From the human T2T-CHM13v2.0 reference genome, Homo sapiens: a DNA stretch of 64,000 bases. Positions 24,501 to 36,909 of the stretch are shown here, piece after piece (positions within the stretch are counted from its first letter, which is position 1; every line of letters begins with the position of its first letter). The stretch lies in NCBI RefSeq assembly GCF_009914755.1, contig NC_060936.1; one strand, given 5' to 3'. The notes beneath the pieces are model-generated. The model saw only the letters and a list, made by a program, of their open reading frames with translations, ran no database searches and was not told the DNA's origin. A program made the position numbers and the translations under genes.

Positions 24501-27500
24501 TAAATTAGCTAGTCATCTATCACTCTTATTTTTTGTTTCAAAAATACCAACTTGGTTTTGTTCATCTTTTGTATGGCTTTTTGCTCTCAGTTTCTTTCAG
24601 TTTAGCTCTGATTTTGTTATTTTTTTTTTCCTCTGCTAGCTTTGGGTTTGGTTTGCTCTTGTTTCTCTAGTTCCTCTAGATGTGACACTATGGTGTTAGT
24701 TTGAGATCCTTCTAACTTTTTGATGTGGATGATCAGCACTATAAACTTGCCTTTTAATTCTGCTTTACCTGTTTCCCAGAGATTCTAGTATGTTATATTT
24801 TTGTTTTCATTACTGTGTAACAATTTGTTGATTTCTTCTTTAATTTTATTTTTTATCCAAAAGTCATTCAGGGGCCGATTGTTTAATTTCCATATAATTG
24901 TATGGTTTTGAGAGATCTTCTTGGAATTGATTTCTATTTTTATTGCACTGTGGTCCAAGAGTGTGGTTGGTATGATTTCAGGTTTTTTGAATTTGTTGAG
25001 AATTGCTTTATGGTTAAGCATGTGGTCAATTTTAGAGTATGTGCCATGTGCCGATGAGAAGAATGCCTATTCTGTTCTTGTTGCATAGTGTTCTGTAGAT
25101 GTCACCTAGGTTCATTTGGTCAAGTGTCAAGTTTAGGTCACAAATATCTTTTTTAGTTTTCTGTCTTGATCTGTCTTAAAATGTCAGTGAAATGTTGAAG
25201 TCTTTCACTATTATTCTGTGGTTATCTAAGACTTCATAGGTCTCTAGAAACTTATTTTAAGAATCTAGAATCTCCAGTGTTTGGAAGCATATATATTTAG
25301 GCTAATTAAGTCTTTTTAAATTGAAACCTTTATCATTATATAATGCCCTTCATTGTCCTTTTTGATCATCATTGATTCAAAGTCTGTTTTGTCTGAAATA
25401 CTAATAAAACCTCTGCTTTTTTGTTTGTTTGTTTTCTGTTTGCTTGACAGATCTGTCTCCATTCCTTTACTTTGAGCCTATGGGTGTCATTGCATGTGGG
25501 ATGGGTCTCTTGAAGACAGCATATGGTTGCATCTTGCTTCTTTATTCAACTTGCCACTCTGTTTTTTTAAGTAGGGTGTTTAACCCATTTATATTCAAGG
25601 TTAATATTGATATGTGAAGATTTGATCCTGTCATTGTGTTGTTAGCTGGTTGTTATGTAGACTTGATTGTATAGTTGCTTTATAGTGTCAGTCAGTTATT
25701 AAGTATGTTTTTGTGGTGGCAGGTAATGGTCTTTCATTTTTATGTTTAGCACTCCTTTAGGGAACTCTAGTAAGGCAAGTCTGGTGGTAACAAATTCCGT
25801 TAGCATTTGCTTATGAAGCTGGATTTGAAATTCTTGATTGGAATTTCTTTTTTTTAAGAATGCTGAATATAGGTACCCCCATCTTTTCTGGTTTGTAGAA
25901 TTTCTGCTGAAAGATCCACTGTTAGTTAGCCTAATGGGGTTCATTTTGTAGGTGACCTGCACCTTGTCTCTAGCTCCCTTTAATATTTTTTCTTTCATGT
26001 TGACTTTGGAGAATTTGATAACCATCTGACTTGGGGGCAAATATCTTGTATCCTATCTTGCAAGGGTTCTCTGATTTCTTGAATTTGAAAGTCAATCTCT
26101 CTCACAAGGTTGCAGAAATTTTTGTGGATGATGTTCTCAAGCATGTTTTCTAGGTTGCTCTCTCTCCCTCCCTCCCTTCCTCCCTCCCTCCCTCCCTCCT
26201 TCCCTCCCTCCCTCTCAGGGATGCCAACAAATCATATGTTTGGTCTTTTTACATCATCCTGTATTTCTCAGATATTTTGTTCGTGATTTTTTTTTTTTTT
26301 TTTTTTTCTGACTAAGTTGATTTGAAGAATTAGTCTCTGAGCTTTGGGATTCTTTCCTTGGCTTGGTCTATGCTGCTGCTAATACTTCTGATTGTACTAT
26401 GAAATTTTTGTAGTGAGTTTTTCAACTCTATCAGATCAGTTTGGTTCTTTCTTATAATGAGTATTTTTTCTTTCAGCTCATGTATGGTTTTGCCAGATTT
26501 TCTAGATTCTTTTCATTGGGTTTCAACTTTCTCCTGAATCTCGATGATCTTTGTTGCCATACAAATTCTGAATTCTATGTCTGTTATTCCAGCCATTTCA
26601 GCCTGGTTAAGAACCATTTCTGGGGTGCTGGTGCAGTCATTTAGAGGTAAGAAGGCACTCTGGCTTTTGGAGTTGCCAGAGTTCTTGCTGCTTCTTTCAC
26701 ATTTATGTGGGCTGATTTTCCTTTAGAGTCACTGTCCTGTGGCTGTGGCTTTTTGCTTTTATATTCTTTGATGCCCTTGAGGGTTTGATTGTGGTATAAG
26801 TTGGGTTCAGTTGACTGGCTTCATTTCTGGACAATTTCAGGGGGCCAGGGCTCAGCTCAGAACTCCTCAGCTGCATGCTATAAACCTGGGGGACTTGGGC
26901 CAGGCCCACATCTTTTTTCTCTGGCTTCTTGGGGTTGAGTACCTGCTGCGCTGGAGAGGCTGGGTGGCAGGTACTGACAAAAGCGCTTCACTGGGTCAGT
27001 GGCAACAGGGTTAGCGTGTACACACTCACACCAGCAGCAGCAGGGCAGCAGGGTCCACAACCCCACATACGTGCAAGGGTGGGGCAGCAGCAGCAAGGCA
27101 AGATCCATGCATGCTGGCAAAGTGGTCAGGAAAGGTGATGGGAAGGTGCACATCAGTAGGAACCCATCTGTAGAAGCTCTCTGATGTTTATGCAGGGTCT
27201 GTTGGTGAAGGAGCTATGGCAGTGGGTGCTGGGAAGCACCCCGGTTGAGCATCTGAAGGTGTGCTGCAAGTGGGTACAGACAGGCAGGAACCCTGGGAGA
27301 GGCTGGTACACAAGGAGGCACACAGATCATACTGGCCCCATCCCATGGGCAAAATAGCCCTGTTCTGTCCTGGTTTGACAGTCAACAAAGGATAAAGACA
27401 CCTAGAGAAGCATGGTGAGCCTTGGGGATTGGGCATTCCTGGTCATACTCTACTGTAACTGTTGTCTCAACAAACACTCTGGGCTCTGCACAGGCTGGAG

Positions 27501-27887
27501 TCCTGTCCCTGCCAGCTCTCCAAGCAGCTCTTTCTGCCAGCTCAAATATCTCTGGGGTTGTGGGGTTTCCTGCAGCTAGGATTCTGGAGGTTCATGGAAA
27601 GAGTGGGCTGCTACATCATGTCTATTTAACTCATTCCTTCCCTAGGAGCCACTCGGGGCCAGAAACTAATCCTGTGTGCTCTGCAAACCTGTGTACGGTT
27701 CTCACCTTCCTCCCCCTTCACCCAAATTCTGCAACGTCTCTCCAACCACTCTCAATACCTTTCTTCCAAAGATCTGCTTGGAGAGTGTCAATTCTTGATG
27801 GTCTAGTCTTAGAGGAAGAAGCTCCTCCTGGGTGCTCCTAGTCAGCCCCTCCTGGCTGCTTCTAGTCAGCCATTTGGATGTTCTCTC
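21590..27887 (-). mobile_element. Full-length degenerate L1PA15/16 LINE inside L1MC1
   Basis: L1PA15/16-type 3' UTR; ORF2 fragments (22421-22810, 23448-23819, 23952-24179, 24785-25021); ORF1 fragment (25699-26040); GC-rich 5' UTR ending at CTAGTCAGCCATTTGG; imperfect TSD TCTATT(T/C)TTTT. Confidence 0.9.
26158..26215. repeat. (TCCC)n polypyrimidine tract
   Basis: Directly visible inside the L1PA ORF1 region. Confidence 0.9.
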
Positions 27888-29337
27888 TTCTATTCTTTTC
27901 TTACTTGTATGGTTTCTGAGGGGAAGTTAGATATAATTCTTATCTTTGTTTCTCTACAGGCGAAGTTTTATTTCCTCTGGCTTCCTTCAGCATTTTTTCT
28001 TTATCTTTGATTTTCTGTATTGTGAAAATTATATGTGTAGGTTTGATTTCTTTTGTTTTATTTTGCTTTTGTTTTTGTCTTTGCTTTGGCATTTATCCTG
28101 TTTCTATTTATCTTTTCTCCTTCTGGTATTGTTATTACACTTATGCTGCATCTTTTATCGTTGACCCAAAGCTCTGGGATATTCTGTCTTATTTTTTTCA
28201 GTCCTTATTCTCTTTGCTTTTCAGTTTTAAAGGTTTCTATAGATATATCCTTAAGAATAGAGAATCTTTTCTTCAGCTGTGTCTTGTCTGCTTATAAACC
28301 CATTAAAAGCATTCTTCATTTCTGTGAATGCTGTTTGATCTCCAGCATTTCTTTTTGATTATTTCTTAAGATTTTCATCTCTCTCCTTACATTGCCCATC
28401 TGTTCTTGCATGTAGTCTACTTTATCCATTAGAGTGCTCAGCGTAGTAATCGTATTTGTTTTAAATTCCCAGTCTGATTATTCCAACAACCTTGCTGTGT
28501 CTGGTTCTAATGCTTGCTCTGTCTCCTCAAATTGTGTTTTTGCCTTTTAGTGTGCTTTAAAAAAATTTTTAACATCTGGACATGATACACTGGGTTAAAG
28601 AAACATTGATAAGTCAGACTTTAATAATGTGGTAGTAAGGTGTGAGTGGAGGGGAAGTGTTCTATAATCCTATGAGTAGGTCTGTTTTTTAGTCAGTCTA
28701 TGCTTCTGAGCTGTGAATTTCACAGGGTTTCTCAGTTTTTTCTCCCCACTCAGAAGGGACAGGATAGCGAAAGAGGGTGGGAGTTGATTATTTCCCAGGT
28801 CAGTTAGGCTCTGATAAAACCTTGGCAGGTTGGGTTATGGTTAACTAGTTTCTTCTGAGGTCAGACCTCGTTAAGAAAAAGATTGCCTTGGTGTATTTCA
28901 AAATGATTTATTTTCCCCACCCCATGCTGGAAGCACAAGGAGCTCTTTCTCTGATATTTACTGTGAGAACCTGGTTGAGCTCCTGGAGGTAAAATTTACA
29001 AAAACGCGGTCGCGGGGTGGGGCGGGCTGTAACTGGGTTTCCCAGGAGTTTTTAATCTCTCAGGCTTGCCTGCACTTAGTCTCCAGCAGTTCATCATTTG
29101 CAGTTCACGTTTTCCTGCCCTGGCACTGATTCACACAATGGTTTCTCATCAGGTATGTTGTGATTCTCTATATCTGCCTCTCTGTCTTTCCAATTTTCAT
29201 GGTAGCAGTTCATCCTGTGACCTCACTTCTCTTATAGATCTAAGAAAAGTTGTTGATTATTTAGTTTGTTCACATTTTTACTCATTGTTAGGATAGAGGG
29301 TTGACTTCCAACTCCTTACATTCAGAACCAGAAGCCA

Positions 29338-29822
29338 TGATTTGCTTCTAAGAAATAGAATACAGCAAAAATAATGGGATGTCACTTCCATGATTAGGTC
29401 ACAAAAGACTATCACTTTCATCTTGCTAAGATTCTCTTTTGCTGGAACTCTCCCTTGCACTCCTACCGTCTTGCATGCTCAGTGAACCAAGATGCCATGT
29501 TGTATTCTCTGTGGAGGGGCCCATGTAGCAAGAAGTTAAAGGAGACCTCTGGCCAACAACATGTGAGGAACTGAGATCTTAGTCCAACAGCCTAGAATAA
29601 ACTGAATCCATCCTTCAACTAAATGAATGAACTAGGGAGCAAATACTTCCATTCAAGACTTGAGATAACCAGTCTTGTGAGAGACCCAGAGTCAGAAGAC
29701 CTGGCTAAGCCATGTCTGCCTGGATTTCTGACCCACAGAAACTATGAGATAGTAAGTGTTATTGCTGTTTAGTCCACTAAAGCTTGCAGCCATTTATTAG
29801 GCGGAAATAGGTAACTAGTACA
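29338..29822 (+). mobile_element. MLT1F-type LTR, 3' part
   Basis: TGCTTCTAAGAAATAGAATACAGC...GATGTCACTTCCATGATTAGG...CTGACCCACAGAAACTATGAGA...TAACTAGTACA. Confidence 0.85.
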
Positions 29823-29912
29823 CAACTATGAAGAATATACTTTAGCTTCTCCTGAAGGCAGATCTTTTTAAGAAGAGCAGAGCACTCTAGTGCATTTCAA
29901 AATGATTTTATT

Positions 29913-30093
29913 GACCTAGTATGCACCTGCAGACACACATACATACACTTATGGATCTTCATAAAGCAATATTTATTCTTCCTGTATAATACATAAATAT
30001 ATTTTATATTCTATTAATTTTTTAAAGTAATGGTCGGGACAGAAATTTGATTTTACGATCTACAAATGAGTTGTAATAGTTTGGAAAACCCTG
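29913..30093. mobile_element. hAT-Charlie (Charlie4-like) fragment
   Basis: Ends AATTTGATTTTACGATCTACAAATGAG...TTTGGAAAACCCTG, resembling the Charlie4a terminus. Confidence 0.5.
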
Positions 30094-30324
30094 ATTAAGG
30101 TTATATTCTCTAGAATAAAATTTCCTGTGTTTATAACTCAGGTCTATCGCATAGTAGTGTGGTAGCTCTGGTAATGCACAACCTATATTTGAATCAGGTT
30201 CTTTATAAAATGAGAAAAATAACAGAATATAGGATGGTATTGAGAATTAGATCACATTATATATACAAGGCATTCAGCACAAAACTTCACATATAGAAAG
30301 ACTAACTATTCACAGATAACTTTT

Positions 30325-30797
30325 TTTAAAAATTATTATACTTTAAGTTTTAGGGTACATGTGCACAATGTGCAGGTTAGTTACATATGTATACATGTGC
30401 CATGCTGGCGTGCTGCACCCTTTAACTCGTCATTTAGCATTAGGTATATCTCCTAAAGCTATCCCTCCCCGCACCCCACAACAGTCCCCAGAGTGTGATG
30501 TTCCCCTTCCTGTGTCCATGTGTTCTCATTGTTCAATTCCCACGTATGAGTGAGAGTATACAGTGTTTGGTTTTTTTGTTCTTGCGATAGTTTACTGAGA
30601 ATGATGATTTCCAATTTCATCCATGTCCCTACAAAGGACATGAACTCATCATTTTTTATGGCTGCATAGTATTCCATGGTGTATATGTGCCACATTTTCT
30701 TAATCCAGTCTGTCATTGTTGGACATTTGGGTTGGTTCCAAGTCTTTGCTATTGTGAATAGTGCCGCAATAAACATACGTGTGCATGCTTTATGTAT
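30325..30797 (-). mobile_element. Young 5'-truncated L1PA2/3
   Basis: Near-consensus L1PA 3' UTR and ORF2 end (MFIAALFTIAKTWNQPKCP); TSD GATAACTTTT at 30315-30324 and 30798-30807. Confidence 0.93.
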
Positions 30798-30879
30798 GAT
30801 AACTTTTATTTTAATGAAGCATTTCTATGTGTTCATTTATTCTTGGAACAGAACTGGTAATTCTGTCCACTCCCGTGGA

Positions 30880-31110
30880 TTACTGGAATGATTATTATAG
30901 CACCTTTTGCATTCTATTATAATTATTGATTTTTCTATCTATCATTCTCTCTTCCACTCCTTCCCTATTCCTATTAAATTATGAGCTCTTTGAGGGTAGG
31001 TATTTTTTCCAATTATTGTTGGTCTCTTCAATACATAGGATAGTTTGTGACACAGAATAGTCATTCAACAACTATGAATGAGTAAATGAATTATAACAAT
31101 GAATAAATGC
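30880..31110. mobile_element. L2 3' fragment
   Basis: ATGAGCTCTTTGAGGGTAGG...GACACAGAATAGTCATTCAA...GAATGAGTAAATGAAT. Confidence 0.6.
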
Positions 31111-32612
31111 CCACCGGTAATTATTAGAAAGTCATACTTTTCAGCAAGTCAAAAATATGTTTTTCACATACTCTTTTTTCCTATTAAAAAGGGCTTATTA
31201 TAAGTCTATTTTCTCCCTAAAGACAATTCTTCTCTAGTCTCTCCTCAATTTTCATGTAGAAAACCTGTCAGATGGGAGAATAGGATGTATAATTTCAAAT
31301 TATCTACCTAAAAACCCACAAATTTTCCAGTGATTTCTGACTGCTTTTGGTTATCTTTCCTGAATGTATCCCACCTTGCTAGCATTCCTGCAGATGCTAG
31401 TAATATGATATCCAGATATCCCGTTTAGAACATGTGAAGGCAGGCAAATATGGCATATAGCACGCATCGTCCTAGTCTTACATTACAATTCTACCAATAA
31501 GTTCCAAAACCATTTTGGCCTCTATTTTGGTAAAAAAAATGTAATAGCCATTCTTACAAAAATATCCATCTTATACATAATCAATTAGTTTTTAAATGTA
31601 GACTCACATTTTTATTTATATTTATTTTTATTAAATGTTTGGTCTTGCAGTTTAAATTTTTCAGAAAACTTTTAGACTCCTCATTACCTCACACTGAATT
31701 AACCAGGTGATATTATTGAAAAAATGTAATAAGCACGTCTTCTGTGCTGTATCAATGTAACTGACAAACTTGATGGACAGGACAGAGCAAAGTAATGTTT
31801 GTAGACACTACATTTTAAGTTCATAGCCAGCCCCATTAATCAACACTCCGGCTGGAATTCAATCATTGACGAATTATTCTATATTTAATTATAGTATGCA
31901 TGCCCAAAATGTTATTATGACAGTCTACATCGGTTGTTTTAATTTAATGGAGATATTTTAAGGCATTATTATAGCACTACCATTTTTACCTGTGTGGTCA
32001 GGATATTAAAAAGCAAATGAGTTCTCTTTGACATGGCCTGTTCTTAGTAATCCTGTATTGGATTGTAGGCATTCCCTTTTTTTAAGAGGCAGAAAACAAT
32101 TTATAATGCATACTAAAGTTCTAAAGAGGTTCAAAATTAAAGCTCGATGGTCTATATTTTTGGGAACTGTTTTTATGTTCTTTTTGACCACTGAGAGAAT
32201 ATTCCTATATTTTAGTAACTTTTACCTCTTTTTAAAAATTCTGCGGATATCTGACTGTATTTGAAAGTAACATGTGTAAATTCTTTCCAATACTTAAAAT
32301 ACTTAATAGTTACAATTAAATAGTTAAAACACTTTCTCTTGTTGTATAACACAGATGACAGTGCAGCAGATAAGGAAGACTTTTAAAAAATGAATGGTGT
32401 GAAATCAGATATTCATAAAGCAAATAATGAAATGGGTTATACATTTAAAGGTAAAAAATAAAATAAAAAGTTTTTAGGAGGAAAACAGAGAAGATCTTCA
32501 AGGATTTAGAATAGACAATATTTCTTAAATAGGACAGAGAACCACAAATATAAAACAAATTAATAAATTAGACTACTATGCGGTAATTGGGTTCATCAAT
32601 AGACACCCTTAA

Positions 32613-35600
32613 GAGGAGTGATGTCAGTCAGATGGCCAACTAGATGTTCCTAGCACTCATTTCCCCCTTTCAAAAAAATAAATAAACAACTACATTTCAA
32701 CAAAAGTAACTGAAGGAGAGCACCAGAGCACAGCAAAGGAGCAGCAGAAATCCTGCAGAACACAGAAACACCAAACAGCTGCATAGAGGAAAGATAAAAA
32801 CACCTTACTTCCCCCATCCCCTCCAGCAGTCAGGGTCAGCTTGGAACTAGGACAGACTTATACCTGAAGGGAAAAGATAAGTAAGGGGACCCCAGCAGCC
32901 CCCGTCACCACCATGAACACCTGCGATCTTTGCCATTGTAGACTTCTGGAATCCTTACAGGCTCTGAGCCCAGCTGAGGGAGCTACCTGGAGTCCACACA
33001 GATGTGCTAACCTCACAGAAGGAGCCAATGTTGTGCCCCTCCCCGTGGCCTGAGCTGCTACTGTGCTGGAACAACTTAGAAGAAGAGCCACTACTAGAGT
33101 GCACCCTGCTCTAGCTATGAGTAGGCGTTGTACTCCTGCATCCCTGAGGCTTTGCTGCTACTACAACATACCTACTCAGTACCACACCATTCTCAAGCCA
33201 AGCTGCTACTATGCCCTACCCCCTGAGGCCAAGCTACTACATAGCTATTTCATCCCCCATCCCAGCTGGTCATCTGATGTGGTGCCCTGCCCCACCGGGG
33301 AACCAGAGGCTTGGGTGACCCATGTAGCTGTACCTACCAGAGCTGAGATTCTGAGAGCTGCCCCGCCCCCCTGCCAGGGAACCAGAACCTTAACTGAGCT
33401 ATGCCACCCCTTCCAGAACAAATAGTCAAAGTTCCACCTCAGTGGAATTGTACTATCCCCCTGCAGTCTGATACTGACGCGCCCTGCCTCTTTGGCGAGT
33501 GGAATTATTGCTGTGCTGCCTTTTTCCCAAGCCATAGCTGTGCTTCACTGTTCCTGGGGTCTTGCTGCCACTATACCCAGCCTCACAAACCTGAGCTGCT
33601 ACCATGTCTCACCATCTCAGGGTCCATTTCATGGTACTTTATCTTCTGGGGCCTGAAGTGCCATTGTGTACTGTTTGCTCCAGGACCTGAATTGCAGCTG
33701 TGATCTGATCCCTGAGATCCAAGCCTCTAGAACCCTCCTTCTTCCCCGGAGCCAAGCTGGTGCTGCACTCTGCCTCCCAGAGTCAGAGTCATAGCTACAT
33801 CCTTCCTCCTGCACCTGAGCTCTGGGGTGTGCCTCAGAGTCACAGATCCCAGACTTGTGAGCAAACTGAATCCACTTGTGCATCAAGTTCCAGATGCCAT
33901 AGTAGTAATAGCTTTGCAAGACTCTGAATGTGAGACTTCAGCTCCATAGCCTCTCTAATAAGCACCTATCCCCTGAATCTCAGAGCCACTGCAGCTGCTT
34001 ATGAGTCATGGCAGGCCCAACATTAACAGGAAACCCCTTAGCTAAGACTCCCCACTGTGGAGGAGACAAGAATAGAAAGTCCTCTAAAGCTCTTGCCACC
34101 AAGAACCCTCATAACTTACGTTGCCACCGCCATTGACACAGACTTCTGCAGTTGACCACTGAGATATCTGCAGTCACCGCTGACATTAATCACAGCTGAA
34201 GAAGTTGCATGGAAATTATACCACTGCTCCCACCCAGAGCCAGGGCCACCACACCCTGCTCAACTACTACCTTAAGACCCATCTGCAGATGAAAGCCTTT
34301 TCCTACAAAAGCCACTCTGTGATGTTTGAAAAGGTCACTACTCCACCAGATGCACAGACATCAATGCAGAGAAATAGAAACATGAAAAAAGGCAAGGAAA
34401 CACGACACCACCAAAGGAAAACAATAATTATCTAGTAACTGACCCAAAATAAAAATGTACAAACTGCCTGGAAAGAAATTCAAAATAATTATCTTAAGGA
34501 ACTGAATAAATCATAAGAGAATACAGATGAACAATTCAATGGGATGAGAAAAACAATTCATGATCTGACCGAGAAATTAAACAAAGAGATAGATATCATT
34601 TAAAAGAACCAAAAAGAAACTAGGGTCTGAGGAATTCAATGAATAAAATAGAAAATAAAATGGAGAGCTTCAACAGCAGACATGAAGCAGAAATAGGAAT
34701 CTGTGAACTTTAAGACAAGTCTTTTGAAATTCGCCAGGCAGAGGTTGAAAAAACAGAAAAATGAAAGAAAGTGAAGGAAGCCTATGAGACCTATGAGACA
34801 TCATTAAGTGAACAAATGTTCCTATTCTGGAATTTCCAGATGGAGAGGAGACAGAGAAAGTGACAAAAAGAATATTTAATGAAATAATTGCTGAACACTT
34901 CCCAAGTCTTGGGAGAGATAAGTATATCCAGATCCATGAAGCTCAAAGGTCTCCAAACATCATAAACCCAAAGGGGTCTTCATTGAGCTATATTATAAGC
35001 AAATTGTCAAAAGTCAAAGACAAAGAGAATTTTAAAAGCAGCAAAAGAAAAGTGAAATGTCACATACAAGAGAATCTTCGTTAGTCCATCAGCAGATTTT
35101 TCAATAGAAACCCGGCAGGCCAGTAGAAAATGGGATGATGTATTCAAAGTGCTGAAAGAAAAAGAAAAGCTGCCAACAAAGAGTACTATATGCAGAAAAG
35201 CTGTTCTTCAGAAATAAAAGAGAAATTAAGTCTTTCACAGGTAAGCAAAAGATGAGGGAATTCATCACCGTTAGACTTGCCTTGCAAGAAATGGTTAAGG
35301 GAATTCTTTAAATGAAAACTAAAGAACAATAATTCCTATAATGAAAACATATGAACACATAAAACTCACCGGTAGAGGTGAATATATAGTCTAATTCAGA
35401 ATACTCCAATATCGTAATGGTGTTGTGTAAGCCATTCATATCTCTAATATGAGGGTTAAAATTCAAAACACTCAAAAATAACTATAGCTATAATAAGTTG
35501 TTAAGGAATAAACAATATAAAAGATGTAAATTATGACATTAAAAATATCAATTGTGAAACCAGGGAGAGCAAAAACCTAGAGTTTTTGTATGTAATGGAT

Positions 35601-36905
35601 GTTACATTGTTATCTGCTTAAATTAATCTGTTACAACTATGAGATGTCTTATGTAAGCCTCATGACAATCACAAAAGAAAAAACTACAGAAGTTACACAA
35701 ACAATAAAGAGAAAGGAATCAAAGTTGAGCACTACAGAAAATTACCACATCACCAAGGTAGACAACAAGAGAGGAAGAAAGAAACAAAGGATCTGCAAAA
35801 GAACCAAAGTACAAATAACAAAATGGCAGTAATATATTCATACTTATCAATAATAACATTGAATATAAATAGATTAAATTCTGTAATCAAAAGGTATAGA
35901 ATGAATGAATTAAAAAAAAATCCAATGATATGCTTCCTGCTAGTGAACTGCTTTAACTTTAAAGAAACATATAGGCTGAAAATGAAGGAATGGAAGAAGG
36001 CATTTCATATAAACTGTAACCAAAACCAAGGAGTGGTGGCTATAATTATGTCAGATAAAATAAAGTAAAAATCTGACATAAGAGAAACACACAAAAGGTC
36101 ATTTTTTAATGAAAATGGGTCAATTCATCAAGAGGACATAATTATAATTGTACATGCACCCAACATTAAAGTACCTACATAGAAAAGGAAATAGTAATGA
36201 CATGAAAAGAGAAATAGATAGTAATACAATAACAGTTGGGGAATTCAATACTCCACTTTTAACAATGGCTACACCAATGAGACAGAAAATTCATATGAAA
36301 ATACTGGTTTTGAATAGCACTTTTGACCAAATGAACTTAACAGACATATACAGAGCTTTTCATCCAACAGCAGCAAAATGCACATTCTTCTTTAGTGCAC
36401 GTGGAACAGTCTCCAGGATAGACCTTATATTAGGGTGCAAAACAAGTCTTAACAAATTTAAAAAAGGGTTAAAATTGTATCTAGTATTACTTCTGACCGC
36501 AGTGGTATGAAACTAGAAATAAATAACAGAAGGAATCTTGGAAAACTCACAAATATGTGGAAATGAAATTACATGCTTCTAAATAACCACAACGTGTCAA
36601 AGAAGAAATCAACATGAAAATTTAAAAGTATCTTGAGTCAAATGAAAATGGAAATACAACATACCAAAATCTAGAAGATGCAGCAAAAGGAGTTCTACAT
36701 GGAAAATCAATAGTAACAAATTCCTACAGTTTAAAAAAATCCTCAATAAATAGACTAACATTATACCTCAAGGAACTAAGGAGAAAGAAAGGAGAACAAA
36801 CTAAACCCAAAGTTAGCAAGGGAGGAAATAATAAAGATCAGAACAGAAATAAAGCAAATACATAATAGAAAAACCATAGAAAAAATTAAAAACCTGAGTC
36901 GACTA
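32613..36905 (+). mobile_element. L1M (L1MA-age) LINE: 5' UTR, ORF1 and ORF2 endonuclease region, 3' half missing
   Basis: Starts GAGGAGTGATGTCAGTCAGATGGCC; ORF1 fragment (IIAEHFPSLGRDKYIQIHEAQRSPN); endonuclease fragments (LSIITLNINRLNS; TITVGEFNTPL..TDIYRAFHP); homology stops abruptly. Confidence 0.9.
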
Positions 36906-36909
36906 TTTC

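Larger units (their letters stand above)
12549..29337 (-). mobile_element. Near full-length L1MC1/L1MCa LINE hosting six nested insertions
   Basis: L1MC1 3' end (TTTTAGAGCAGTTTTAAATTCACAGCAAAATTGAG...) at 12570. Host pieces at 12549-14331, 14684-15168, 15581-15687, 18088-19282, 20711-21589 and 27888-29337 (5' UTR). TSD TGATTTGCTT at 12539-12548 and 29338-29347. Confidence 0.85.

Noticed and set aside
26703-27841. GC-rich ORF cluster up to 139 aa
   Set aside because: Lies within the L1PA15/16 5' UTR; high GC lowers stop-codon frequency; no recognisable protein.
32858-33919. GC-rich ORF cluster or possible CpG-island promoter
   Set aside because: It is the L1M 5' UTR and is CpG-depleted.
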